From an uncultured Chloroflexia bacterium (lineage in GTDB: Bacteria > Chloroflexota > Dehalococcoidia > DSTF01 > JALHUB01): 64,000 bases of DNA. How positions within the stretch are numbered: the first letter of the stretch is position 1; the number at the start of each line of letters is the position of its first letter. Made by a program: the position numbers and the translations under genes. This document shows, in pieces, positions 1-8,973 of the stretch. Where the stretch lies: positions 2,219,753-2,283,752 of the forward strand of contig OY969814.1 of the NCBI GenBank assembly GCA_963703345.1, in the 5' to 3' direction. The notes under the pieces are model-generated. The model was not told the origin of the DNA, searched no databases, and was given only the letters and a program-made list of their open reading frames with translations.

Positions 1-3
1 CTG

Positions 4-1329
4 TCACTTACCGGCGGGCCGGTTGCCTTCAGGTTTGGTGGCTCCGGACGACCGCGGAACTGTGAGCTCCGCCATCTGCACGACGCTCAGACCCTGGTAC
101 ACGTAGGCGCGCTCTCCGTGCTGCGACAGGTCGAGCCCCACCTTCTCTTCTTCTTCGGAGACTCTCAGCCCGAACAGGAAGTCGAGCACATACAGGATCG
201 CGAGCGTTGCGACAAGAGAATAGCCCAGAGTGACTGCGACGGCAAGCGCCTGCGCGCCGAACAGTCCCGCGCCGCCGTGAATCAGACCGTTCGCGCCCGC
301 CGCGTTCACGGCGACGGTCGCGAAGAGACCCGTGGCCAGCATGCCCCAGGCGCCGCCGACGCCGTGGACCCCGACGACGTCCAGCGAGTCGTCCAGATGC
401 AGCACGTGGCGCATCTGCACGGCCAGGTAGCAGAATGCACCCGCGCCGACACCTATGGCGATAGCGGGGCCGACGTCGACGAAGCCGCACGCCGGCGTGA
501 TTGCCGCCAGACCGGCCACGGCGCCCGCGCCCACGCCCAGAACGCTCGCCTTCTTCGTCTGCCACCAGCCAAGCAGCAGCCAGGTCAGCGCGCCGGCGGT
601 CGCGGAGACGTGCGTGACGACGAGGGCGTTTACGGCCAGCCCGTTGGCGGCCAGGGCGCTGCCGGCATTGAAGCCGAACCAGCCGAACCAGAGCAAGGCG
701 ACGCCCAGCATCATCATCGATACGTCATGCGGCTCCAACGCCTCCTTGCCGTACTCCAGGCGCCGCCCGTACATGATCGCGGCGACGAGCGCGGCGATGC
801 CTGCGTTGACATGCACGACCGAACCGCCCGCGAAGTCGAGCGTGCCGAAGTCCCGCAGCCAGCCGCCCGGCGCCCACACCCAGTGCGCTATCGGCGCGTA
901 GACCAACAGCGACCAGGCCGCCATGAAGAGCAGGAAGGTGCTGAACTTGGCTCGCTCCGCGAAGGCGCCGGTTATCAGGGCGGGGGTGATTATCGCGAAC
1001 ATCATCTGGAAGACCATGAAGGCTTCGTGCGGTATGGTGGAAGAGTAATCGGGGTTCGGCGATTGGCCGACGTGTCGCAGGAACGTCCAGTCGAAGCCGC
1101 CGATGAGACCCCAGTGATCGGGGCCGAACGCCAGGCTGTAGCCGACCACGACCCACAGCAAGCTGACGATCGCTATGACGACGAAGCTGTGCATGATTGT
1201 GCCGAGAACGTTCTTCTCGCGCACCAATCCGCCGTAAAAGAAGGCCAGGCCCGGCGTCATGAGCATGACTAGAGCCGCGGATATGAGGACCCAGGCAGTG
1301 TCACCGGCGTTGATGACGTTTGTGGGCAT
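4..1329 (-). CDS. amtB: ammonium transporter AmtB (copy 1)
   Basis: GDTAWVL..ALV.LMTPGLAFFYGG, FQMMFAIITPAL, DFAGGSVVH, LWFGWFGFNAGS, DDSLDVVGVHG. Start set at ATG 1329 after GGAGG RBS; the track's upstream extension is promoter DNA. Confidence 0.97.
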   Translation of the reverse strand: MPTNVINAGDTAWVLISAALVMLMTPGLAFFYGGLVREKNVLGTIMHSFVVIAIVSLLWVVVGYSLAFGPDHWGLIGGFDWTFLRHVGQSPNPDYSSTIPHEAFMVFQMMFAIITPALITGAFAERAKFSTFLLFMAAWSLLVYAPIAHWVWAPGGWLRDFGTLDFAGGSVVHVNAGIAALVAAIMYGRRLEYGKEALEPHDVSMMMLGVALLWFGWFGFNAGSALAANGLAVNALVVTHVSATAGALTWLLLGWWQTKKASVLGVGAGAVAGLAAITPACGFVDVGPAIAIGVGAGAFCYLAVQMRHVLHLDDSLDVVGVHGVGGAWGMLATGLFATVAVNAAGANGLIHGGAGLFGAQALAVAVTLGYSLVATLAILYVLDFLFGLRVSEEEEKVGLDLSQHGERAYVYQGLSVVQMAELTVPRSSGATKPEGNRPAGK

Positions 1330-1381
1330 GGTCCTCCACCTCCTCAGGAACGAATCCCTGCTCGGAGTGTAGAGGCCCTCT

Positions 1382-1419
1382 GTTACAATTGCGTTACAAT
1401 CGGATGACGATGCGGTTAC
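1382..1419 (-). promoter_or_regulatory. GlnR-box array upstream of amtB copy 1
   Basis: Minus strand GTAAC-n6-GTCAT-n6-GTAAC-n6-GTAAC (11-bp period), matching the actinobacterial GlnR consensus gTnAc-n6-GaAAc; a GlnR-like gene is adjacent. Confidence 0.8.
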
Positions 1420-1526
1420 GAGGGTGAAATGGGTCACAATGATCCCTCCGCCGCGTTCCATGCCGCTGCAGCTTCACGTCGGCGCTCTATCCTTCAAAGC
1501 GCCGTTGGTCGGATGCTGTCGTTACG

Positions 1527-2894
1527 CTACAAGCCGGGTTTCCGGCCGATCTCCGTCTCTACCTTCCTTCCGACGCCCGTCGCCGGCACCTGCCCGTTGC
1601 TGGCAGCGCCGCGAGGTCGCGGGAGGGTGAGGTCCGCCACTTTCAGCACGCTCAGTCCCTGATAGGCATAGGCGCGCTCTCCGTGCTGCGACAGGTCGAG
1701 ACCCATCTCTTCTTCTTCCTCCGAGACCCGCAGCCCCAGCAGGAGGTCGATGACGCGCAGGATTACGAACGTCGCCACGAGCGAGTAGCCGAGCGTTACG
1801 CCGACCGCCACTGCCTGGGCGCCCAACTGGCCGGGGTTGCCGTGAATAAGGCCGTTCGCGCCCGCCGCGTTCACCGCGACGGTGGCGAAGATGCCGGTGG
1901 CGAGGGCGCCCCAGATGCCGCCGACGCCATGGACCCCCACGACGTCCAGCGTGTCGTCGAGATGCAGCAGGTGGCGCGCCTGCACAGCGAGGTAACAGAA
2001 CGTGCCCGCGCCGATTCCGATCACGATTGCGGGACCAACGTCAACAAAACCCGAGGCCGGCGTAATCGCCACCAGCCCGGCCACGGCGCCCGCCCCCGCG
2101 CCCAGAACGCTGGCCTTCTTAGTCTGCCACCAGCCAATCAGCAGCCACGTCAGCGCGCCGGTCGCGGCCGCGACGTGCGTCACGACCAGCGCGTTAACCG
2201 CAAGACCGTTGGCCGCAAGAGCGCTGCCGGCGTTGAAGCCGAACCAGCCGAACCAGAGCAGCGCTACACCAAGCATCATCATCGATACGTCATGCGGCTC
2301 CAACGCCTCCTTGCCGTACTCCAGGCGCCGCCCGTACATGATCGCGGCGACGAGCGCGGCGATGCCAGCGTTTACGTGCACAACCGTCCCGCCCGCAAAG
2401 TCAAGCGTGCCCAGACTTCGCAGCCAGCCGCCCGGCGCCCATACCCAGTGGGCTATCGGCGCGTAGACAAGGAGCGACCAGGCCGCCATGAAGAGAAGGA
2501 AGGTGCTGAACTTGGCTCGCTCCGCGAAGGCGCCGGTTATCAGGGCGGGGGTGATTATCGCGAACATCATCTGGAAGACCATGAACGCTTCATGCGGTAT
2601 GGTCGAAGAGTAGTCGGGGTTCGGCGCTTGGCCAACGTGCCGCAGGAACGTCCAGTCGAAGCCGCCAATGAGGCCCCAGTGGTCCGGACCAAAGGCTAGG
2701 CTGTAGCCGACCACTACCCACAGGAGGCTGACGATCGCTATAACGACGAAGCTGTGCATTATGGTGCCGAGAACGTTCTTCTCGCGCACGAGGCCGCCAT
2801 AGAAGAAGGCGAGGCCCGGCGTCATGAGCATGACGAGGGCGGCGGAAATCAGTACCCAGGCGGTATCTCCGGGATTGATTGCGTCGGTTGGCAT
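1527..2894 (-). CDS. amtB: ammonium transporter AmtB (copy 2)
   Basis: Same Amt motifs, twin His retained (DFAGGTVVH, VGVHG); AGGAGG RBS. Confidence 0.97.
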   Translation of the reverse strand: MPTDAINPGDTAWVLISAALVMLMTPGLAFFYGGLVREKNVLGTIMHSFVVIAIVSLLWVVVGYSLAFGPDHWGLIGGFDWTFLRHVGQAPNPDYSSTIPHEAFMVFQMMFAIITPALITGAFAERAKFSTFLLFMAAWSLLVYAPIAHWVWAPGGWLRSLGTLDFAGGTVVHVNAGIAALVAAIMYGRRLEYGKEALEPHDVSMMMLGVALLWFGWFGFNAGSALAANGLAVNALVVTHVAAATGALTWLLIGWWQTKKASVLGAGAGAVAGLVAITPASGFVDVGPAIVIGIGAGTFCYLAVQARHLLHLDDTLDVVGVHGVGGIWGALATGIFATVAVNAAGANGLIHGNPGQLGAQAVAVGVTLGYSLVATFVILRVIDLLLGLRVSEEEEEMGLDLSQHGERAYAYQGLSVLKVADLTLPRPRGAASNGQVPATGVGRKVETEIGRKPGL

Positions 2895-2946
2895 GGCCGT
2901 CCTCCTGCTCAGCGATGTCCCTATACCCTGAGTCTAGAGGACGCGT

Positions 2947-2984
2947 GTTGCCGTCGTATTACGCGGCGATGAATTTGCAGTTAC
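2947..2984 (-). promoter_or_regulatory. GlnR-box array upstream of amtB copy 2
   Basis: Minus strand GTAAC-n6-TTCAT-n6-GTAAT-n6-GCAAC; overlaps the regulator's stop codon. Confidence 0.75.
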
Positions 2985-3649
2985 GAAGGGGGATCGGAAG
3001 ATGGGCAGAAGCGGTAGCCGACGTTGCGCACGGTCTCGACGAAAGTGTGGCCGCCGCGCTCGATCTTGCTGCGCAGCCGCCTGATGTGGACGTCAACGGT
3101 GCGCGCGCCGCCGAAGTAGTCGTAGCCCCAGACTTTGTCCAGCAGCGCCTCCCGCGTGTAGACACGGTCCGGGTTGGTGGCGAGAAAGCGGAGCAACTCG
3201 TACTCCTTGAACGTCAGCTCCACGAGCACGCCATCGACGAAGACGCGGTAGCCGGCGAGGTCGATCGATAGCGCGCCCTGGCGCAAAACGTCCGGCGAGT
3301 CGATAAGGCCGTGGCGGTCCAGCATCCGACGAAGTCGCACGGTCAGCTCGTTCGGCCGCAGCGGCAGGAGCGCGAACTCATCGACGGCCGGGTCGAGACG
3401 GGAGACAAGCGCCCGGGGGAGAAGTAGCGCCAGGACGGGCGTCCTATCCGCGCCGTCCGCAGGTCCCGCCAGATTGCCGAGCCCTTCGCCTTCGGAAAGG
3501 TCGACGACGATGGCCGCCGGCGTCGAGAGGTCAAGAACCTGAGCAGCGTCGGCGCGGGCGCGGACCGTCACCTGATAGCCGGCGTCCGCCAGCTCCCGCG
3601 CGAACCCCTTCGCCTGGTCTCCGTCGCCGATAACGAGTATTGCCTGCAT
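2981..3649 (-). CDS. glnR: GlnR-like orphan OmpR-family response regulator
   Basis: wHTH LTFKEYELLRFLA..VWGYDYFGGARTVDVHIRRLR is near-identical to the GlnR signature; atypical receiver domain, no kinase nearby, next to amtB. Start MQAILVIG. Confidence 0.8.
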   Translation of the reverse strand: MQAILVIGDGDQAKGFARELADAGYQVTVRARADAAQVLDLSTPAAIVVDLSEGEGLGNLAGPADGADRTPVLALLLPRALVSRLDPAVDEFALLPLRPNELTVRLRRMLDRHGLIDSPDVLRQGALSIDLAGYRVFVDGVLVELTFKEYELLRFLATNPDRVYTREALLDKVWGYDYFGGARTVDVHIRRLRSKIERGGHTFVETVRNVGYRFCPSSDPPS

Positions 3650-3775
3650 CAACCGTCCTGGTGAATTGTCGGACCGGCATAACACTACCGCAATGGCGCC
3701 GATAGTTCGAGTCCCCTCCGAAGGCGCCGCTCCGCCGCACGATTGAAACGTGACCTGGAATTCCGCTGAGCAGGC

Positions 3776-3810
3776 TTGACAATGACAGGAAATCACGATA
3801 CAGTCGTGAT
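3776..3810 (+). promoter_or_regulatory. sigma70-type promoter with overlapping palindromic operator (probable PadR site)
   Basis: TTGACA(3776)-17-TACAGT(3799); inverted repeat ATCACGA-n5-TCGTGAT (3792-3810) covers the -10. Confidence 0.65.
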
Positions 3811-3847
3811 ATGACGTTGTATATCGAGATACAGAAGGAGAACAGTC

Positions 3848-4366
3848 ATGCAACGACCTCCCTGGTTTGACTTCGAACGACTTCACGGTCGCCTTTTCGA
3901 GAAAGGGGACCTCAAGTACGTGATCCTGCAGTTGCTCAGCGAGCGCCCGGCCCACGGCTACGAAGTGATCAAGGCGCTGGAAGAGCGCTTCGGCGGGATG
4001 TACACGCCCAGCGCCGGCGCCGTCTACCCGACGCTCCAGATGCTGGAAGACATGGGGTACGTAACGTCGGCGGCGCAGGACGGCAAGCGAGTCTACTCGA
4101 TCGCGGATGAGGGGAAGACCTTCTTGGAAGAGCAGAAGGAGACCGTCGAAGGCATACGGCAGCGCACAAGCGCCTGGTGGAACCCGCACCTGCGCGGCGA
4201 GCTGCACGACATGAAGCACGAGTTGCGCGATCTGGCAGGACTGATATTCCGTCGCGGCGGAAAGCCCCTCGGCAACCCGGAGACGATCAAACGTGTGCGC
4301 GCGGTCATCGAGAACGCCCGCAAGGAGATCGAGTCCATTCTCCGCGGACAGGACGCCGGTCAGTAG
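3848..4366 (+). CDS. PadR-family transcriptional regulator
   Basis: GDLKYVILQLL.ERPAHGYEVI..PSAGAVYPTLQMLED. Confidence 0.93.
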   Translation: MQRPPWFDFERLHGRLFEKGDLKYVILQLLSERPAHGYEVIKALEERFGGMYTPSAGAVYPTLQMLEDMGYVTSAAQDGKRVYSIADEGKTFLEEQKETVEGIRQRTSAWWNPHLRGELHDMKHELRDLAGLIFRRGGKPLGNPETIKRVRAVIENARKEIESILRGQDAGQ

Positions 4367-4408
4367 CCGCGGCTTCGCTTAAACTGAGAAGGCGTTATAA
4401 TAGATTCG

Positions 4409-5389
4409 ATGCTTTCTGTTGAAGTTTCGGACCTTCGTAAGAATTTCGGCCCCATCGCGGCCGTCGACGGCGTCAGCTTCGAGGTAGAAGAGGGGGAGGT
4501 CTTCGGCTTCCTCGGCCCGAACGGCGCCGGCAAGACGACGACGATAAACATCCTCTGCACGCTCCTGCGTCCTACGTCCGGCCGGGCGAGGGTGGCGGGC
4601 TACGACGTGCAGACGCAGCGAAACGCCGTCCGCCAGTCGATAGGCCTCGTCTTTCAGGATCCAAGCCTCGATGTCCAGTTGACGGGCCTGGAGAACCTGC
4701 GTTTCCACGCCCACGTCTACAACGTGCCCGGCAGCGAGCGAAACAGCCGCATCGAAGAGGTGCTGCGCGTCGTCGAGCTCTGGGACCGGCGCAACGCCGT
4801 CGTGAAGACGTACTCCGGCGGCATGAAGCGCCGGCTGGAGATTGCGCGCGGCCTAATCCACCATCCGCGCGTGCTCTTCCTGGACGAGCCGACCATCGGC
4901 CTCGACCCGCAGACGCGCGAACACATCTGGACGCACATCCTCCAGCTCCAGCGCGCGCATGGCATCACGCTCTTCATGACGACGCACTACATGGAGGAGG
5001 CGGAGCACTGCCGCCGCATCGCCGTCATCGACCGCGGCAAGATTGTGGCGCTGGACACGCCCGACGCGCTCAAGCGCATGGTCGGCTGCGACATCGTTAG
5101 CCTGCGGACGCCCGACAACGAGAAGGCGGCGGCCGACATCCGCGAGCGTTACGGCCTGGAGCCCCAGAGCCAGGACGGGCGGCTGCGACTGGAGGTGCCG
5201 AACGGCGCGGAGTTCATCCCGAAGGTCGTCCACGAGTTAGCGGTGCCTGTCGAATCGGTCGACCTTCACCGGCCGACGCTGGACGACGTTTTCTTGAAGC
5301 TTACCGGCCACGTGATCCGCGACGACGAAGCGGACCCGCTGGCCACCGCTCGCACGATGGGACGCATGTGGAGAGGAGGACGGCGCTAG
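4409..5389 (+). CDS. ABC exporter ATP-binding subunit (DrrA-like)
   Basis: GPNGAGKTT, YSGGMKRR, LFLDEPT, TTHY. Confidence 0.95.
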   Translation: MLSVEVSDLRKNFGPIAAVDGVSFEVEEGEVFGFLGPNGAGKTTTINILCTLLRPTSGRARVAGYDVQTQRNAVRQSIGLVFQDPSLDVQLTGLENLRFHAHVYNVPGSERNSRIEEVLRVVELWDRRNAVVKTYSGGMKRRLEIARGLIHHPRVLFLDEPTIGLDPQTREHIWTHILQLQRAHGITLFMTTHYMEEAEHCRRIAVIDRGKIVALDTPDALKRMVGCDIVSLRTPDNEKAAADIRERYGLEPQSQDGRLRLEVPNGAEFIPKVVHELAVPVESVDLHRPTLDDVFLKLTGHVIRDDEADPLATARTMGRMWRGGRR

Positions 5390-5390
5390 A

Positions 5391-6239
5391 ATGGCTACTT
5401 ACGCACCAACCATGAACGGCCAGCCGGAGCGATACGCCGGCCTGGAGGCGAACCTCCGCGGCATCTACATAATCTGGTACCGGGACGTCCTCCGCTATTC
5501 TCGCGACCGGGCGCGGATCGTCGCTTCGCTGGGGCAGCCGCTCCTCTTCCTCATCGTCTTTGGCGCCGGCCTAAGCGCGTCGCTGGGAGCCGGACTGACG
5601 CAGCAGCTTGGCAACGTCTCTTACGTGCGCTTCCTCTACCCCGGCATCATCTCGATGGCGGTCCTGTTCACCTCCATCTTCAGCGCCATGTCCATCGTCT
5701 GGGACCGGGAGTTCGGTTTCCTGCGGGAGCTGCTGGTCGCGCCCGTCAGCCGCGCGGCCGTCGTGCTGGGCAAAGCGCTGGGCGGCAGCACAATCGCCAT
5801 GTTCCAGGGCGCGATCCTCATCATCCTGGCGCCCATCATCGGCATTGGGCTCAACCCGCTTCTCATAGTCGAGCTGCTGGCGCTGATGTTCCTCGTCGCC
5901 TTCGCCATCGCCTCCGTCGGCATCCTCATCGCGTCGCGGCTCCAGACCATGGAGTCGTTCCAGATGATCATCAACTTCCTCGTGATGCCGATGTTCTTCC
6001 TGAGCGGCGCCTTCTTCCCGCTACGACAGCTCCCCCGCTGGATGGCGGTTGTGACGCGGCTGGACCCCGTGGCCTACGGCGTCGACCCGCTGCGACGCCT
6101 GCTGCTCGGCTCGAAGCTGGCGCCGGGGATTCAGATCGGCGGCCACCACCTGGGGACGATGGAGGACATCGGCATCCTCGCCGTCTTCGCCGTCGTCATG
6201 CTGCTGCTGGCGATGCGTTCTTTCGAAACGACGGAGTAG
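5391..6239 (+). CDS. ABC-2 type permease (DrrB-like)
   Basis: Six hydrophobic segments, DREFGFLRELLVAPV, FLSGAFFP; follows the ATPase. Confidence 0.93.
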   Translation: MATYAPTMNGQPERYAGLEANLRGIYIIWYRDVLRYSRDRARIVASLGQPLLFLIVFGAGLSASLGAGLTQQLGNVSYVRFLYPGIISMAVLFTSIFSAMSIVWDREFGFLRELLVAPVSRAAVVLGKALGGSTIAMFQGAILIILAPIIGIGLNPLLIVELLALMFLVAFAIASVGILIASRLQTMESFQMIINFLVMPMFFLSGAFFPLRQLPRWMAVVTRLDPVAYGVDPLRRLLLGSKLAPGIQIGGHHLGTMEDIGILAVFAVVMLLLAMRSFETTE

Positions 6240-6251
6240 ACGGGCAGGCCG

Positions 6252-8546
6252 TCACTCCTTCTTCTTCCGCCTTCTCTTGGGCTTCTCCGCTGCCAGCCGC
6301 TCCAGGTTGCGGCGGGCGATCTCAGCGCCCGGGCTGCCGAGCGCTTCGAAGATGGCAAGCGCCTCCTGGTATAGCCCGCGGGCAGCCGGGATGTCGCCCT
6401 CCGCCTCAGCCACGCTGCCAAGCTGGTGCTTGCTCTGGGCAATACCCAGGCGGTCCCCCAGATCCTCCGCTATGGCCAGGCTCTCCTCGTAGAGGCGGCG
6501 GGCCTCAGCGTAGTCGCCCTGCTGATGGGCGAGCCATCCGAGCTGGTGCTTGGTATTGGCGATGCCGGAGCGGTCGCCCAGTTCCTCCTTTATGGCGAGG
6601 CTCCCCTCGTAGAGGCGGCGGGCCTCAGCGTAGTCGCCCTGCTGATGGGCGAGCCATCCGAGCTGGTGCTTGGTATTGGCGATGCCGGAGCGGTCGCCCA
6701 GTTCCTCCTTTATGGCGAGGCTCTCCTCGTAGAGGCGGCGGGCCTCAGCGTAGTCGCCCTCAAGCTGGGCAAGGATGCCGAGCTGATGTTTGGTTTGGGC
6801 GATGCCGGAGCGGTCTCCCAGTTCCTCCTTTGTGGCCAGGCTCTCCTGGTAGAGGCGACGGGCCTCAGCGTAGTCGCCCTCAAGCTGGGCAAGGATGCCG
6901 AGCTGATGTTTGGTTTGGGCGATGCCGGAGCGGTCTCCCAGTTCCTCTTTTGTGGCCAGGCTCTCCTGGTAGAGACGACGGGCCTCAGCGTAGTCGCCCT
7001 GCTGATGGGCGAGCCATCCGAGCTGGTGCTTGCTCTGGGCAATACCCAGGCGATTGCCTAGCTCTTCCTCAATGTCCAGGCTCTCCCCATAGAGGCGGCG
7101 GGCCTCGGCGTAGTCGCCCTGCTGCTGCGCCACCACTCCCAGGTTGTGGGACGAGTCGGCCAACAGAGAGCGGCTTCCGGCGCGCTCGGCTGCCTGATAG
7201 CCCCGCTCCAGCCGCTTCCTCCCCTCGCCCCACAGGCCGCGCAGGTCAAGATACTGCACGAGGGCGATGGCGAAGCAGGCCACCGTCTCCCACTCCTCCG
7301 CCTCCCAGCACCAGTCCATGGCGGCGAGAGCGTTTCCTATCTCCGCGTCAAGCCCGCCAAAGGTTGATGGGTCATACCCAAACAGCGTCACCAACGCCAA
7401 GTAGTAGGCAGCCGCCTTCTGGTAGGGCTCACGGCTCCTGCCCAGGTGATCGCTCGCATAGCGGCGGACAAGCGGGTGGAGGGCGTAGCGTCCCTCCTCC
7501 TGCCGCAAGAGGGAGCGGCGCACTAGCCTGTCCATGCGCTGCGCGTCCGCGGCGGGCGCCACGGCCTGCAGCGCGGCCAGGTCGAAGCTGGGCCCACCGA
7601 AGACGCCGAGCATCGCGAACAGCCCGTGCTCTTCGCGTGACAGCCGCTTGTAGGCCGCGTCCAGCGAAACCCTGATAGCGCGCCCCTTGCGTCTCCTGCC
7701 CCTGAGCACGGACCACGGCGATCCCTTCAGGCCCTCGAGTATCTCCTGAGCGGAGGCATCCTCGAGCTGGGCTCCCGCAAGGGCGACGGCAAAGGGATGG
7801 CCGGCTAGGATCTCAACGATTTTGCGTGCGGGTTCCTGCTCATCCGCCCGCAGCGGTCTGATGGCGGTTCGGCGAAGTATCTCCAGGCACTGGTCGTCGG
7901 TCATGCGTGTCAATTCGACCGCCTGGGGGCCCCGCGGGCGGTGCTGGCTGGTGACCAGGGTAGCGCGGTGGCCCTCGCTGGCGAAGCGAGCGGAGGCGTC
8001 GGGGTTCTCGCAGTTGTCAAGGACGACCAGTATATTGCGCCCGCCGATGGCCGTCCGCAGTGCGCCGACCCTGTCATCGTCGGACTTGGCTTGAGCAACC
8101 TCTGTGGTTCCAAGAGCGCTGCCAACTGTCTCGCACATGGCCCGCAGATCCATGCCCGCCGCATCCACCCACCAGACGCCGTCCGGGAAGCGCTCCCTGA
8201 TCTCCGGCCTGCCTGCGACCTGCATGGCAAGGGACGACTTGCCCATCCCCGGCTCGCCGAACGCGCATACAGCGTGACCGTCGAGGAGGAGGCCTGCTGC
8301 TTCGTCCTCTTTGTCCTGCCTGGGGACGTACTCCTCGGGCGGAGGAGGTGGAACAGTAGCGTCGGGGCTACGCGCCGGGGTGCCAGTCTTCGGTGATCCC
8401 CGGATTTTAGCCCAGGTGAAACCCACCACCGAGCCAAGGAGTCGGGCTATGGGAGTGAACACGACTATTAAGACCAACGCTAGCGCCGCCAAGGCGCCTA
8501 TGCCTAACCACCTCGGATCTGTCAGGCCTATCGCTAGCGGTTCCAT
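6252..8546 (-). CDS. membrane-anchored NB-ARC (STAND) ATPase with C-terminal TPR repeats
   Basis: N-terminal TM helix, GEPGMGKSS Walker A, LVVLDN Walker B, GHPFA (GxP), LHPLVR (MHD-like), ~7 40-aa TPRs. Confidence 0.88.
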   Translation of the reverse strand: MEPLAIGLTDPRWLGIGALAALALVLIVVFTPIARLLGSVVGFTWAKIRGSPKTGTPARSPDATVPPPPPEEYVPRQDKEDEAAGLLLDGHAVCAFGEPGMGKSSLAMQVAGRPEIRERFPDGVWWVDAAGMDLRAMCETVGSALGTTEVAQAKSDDDRVGALRTAIGGRNILVVLDNCENPDASARFASEGHRATLVTSQHRPRGPQAVELTRMTDDQCLEILRRTAIRPLRADEQEPARKIVEILAGHPFAVALAGAQLEDASAQEILEGLKGSPWSVLRGRRRKGRAIRVSLDAAYKRLSREEHGLFAMLGVFGGPSFDLAALQAVAPAADAQRMDRLVRRSLLRQEEGRYALHPLVRRYASDHLGRSREPYQKAAAYYLALVTLFGYDPSTFGGLDAEIGNALAAMDWCWEAEEWETVACFAIALVQYLDLRGLWGEGRKRLERGYQAAERAGSRSLLADSSHNLGVVAQQQGDYAEARRLYGESLDIEEELGNRLGIAQSKHQLGWLAHQQGDYAEARRLYQESLATKEELGDRSGIAQTKHQLGILAQLEGDYAEARRLYQESLATKEELGDRSGIAQTKHQLGILAQLEGDYAEARRLYEESLAIKEELGDRSGIANTKHQLGWLAHQQGDYAEARRLYEGSLAIKEELGDRSGIANTKHQLGWLAHQQGDYAEARRLYEESLAIAEDLGDRLGIAQSKHQLGSVAEAEGDIPAARGLYQEALAIFEALGSPGAEIARRNLERLAAEKPKRRRKKKE
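6361..7140 (-). repeat. near-identical 120-bp tandem coding repeats (TPR units)
   Basis: Units starting 6481, 6601, 6721, 6841, 6961 align in register; 6481-6600 vs 6601-6720 differ by one base. Confidence 0.95.
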
Positions 8547-8973
8547 CACTCGTACCGCATCCTAATGTTCGCCTTCGGACTCTGCGCTTGCGTGTTGGGA
8601 GCGTCATTGTATCACGGAGCGATGGGATCGTCGAGTGCCGCGAGCCCCTTACAACCGCGCCTCGACTCTGCTATCCTGACTCCAGCCCTCGATACCAATC
8701 GCCGGAGCCGCGCCATGCCGCCTTTCAACTACTTCCGCCATCGCTTCGCCGGTCCGCGAACCCGATGTTTTCGCTGCATTTCTGCGCCATCTTCCAGCCT
8801 GCCTGTAGGGATTCACTTCGCTCCCGTCCAGATTCAAAGAAATGACGAAAAAACGATTGAATTCAACTGGTCAATTAAACGCCCGTCGCCTCCCTCTCAA
8901 GGTGCATCTCCTTGCCCCTGCTCCCCGATTCGTCTAACATACTCCTGCAGCCTGGGCACAGGAGTATCCCCCC

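Noticed and set aside
118-2699. Long plus-strand ORFs (384 and 338 aa) over amtB
   Set aside because: Antisense shadows of high-GC genes; no recognisable motifs.
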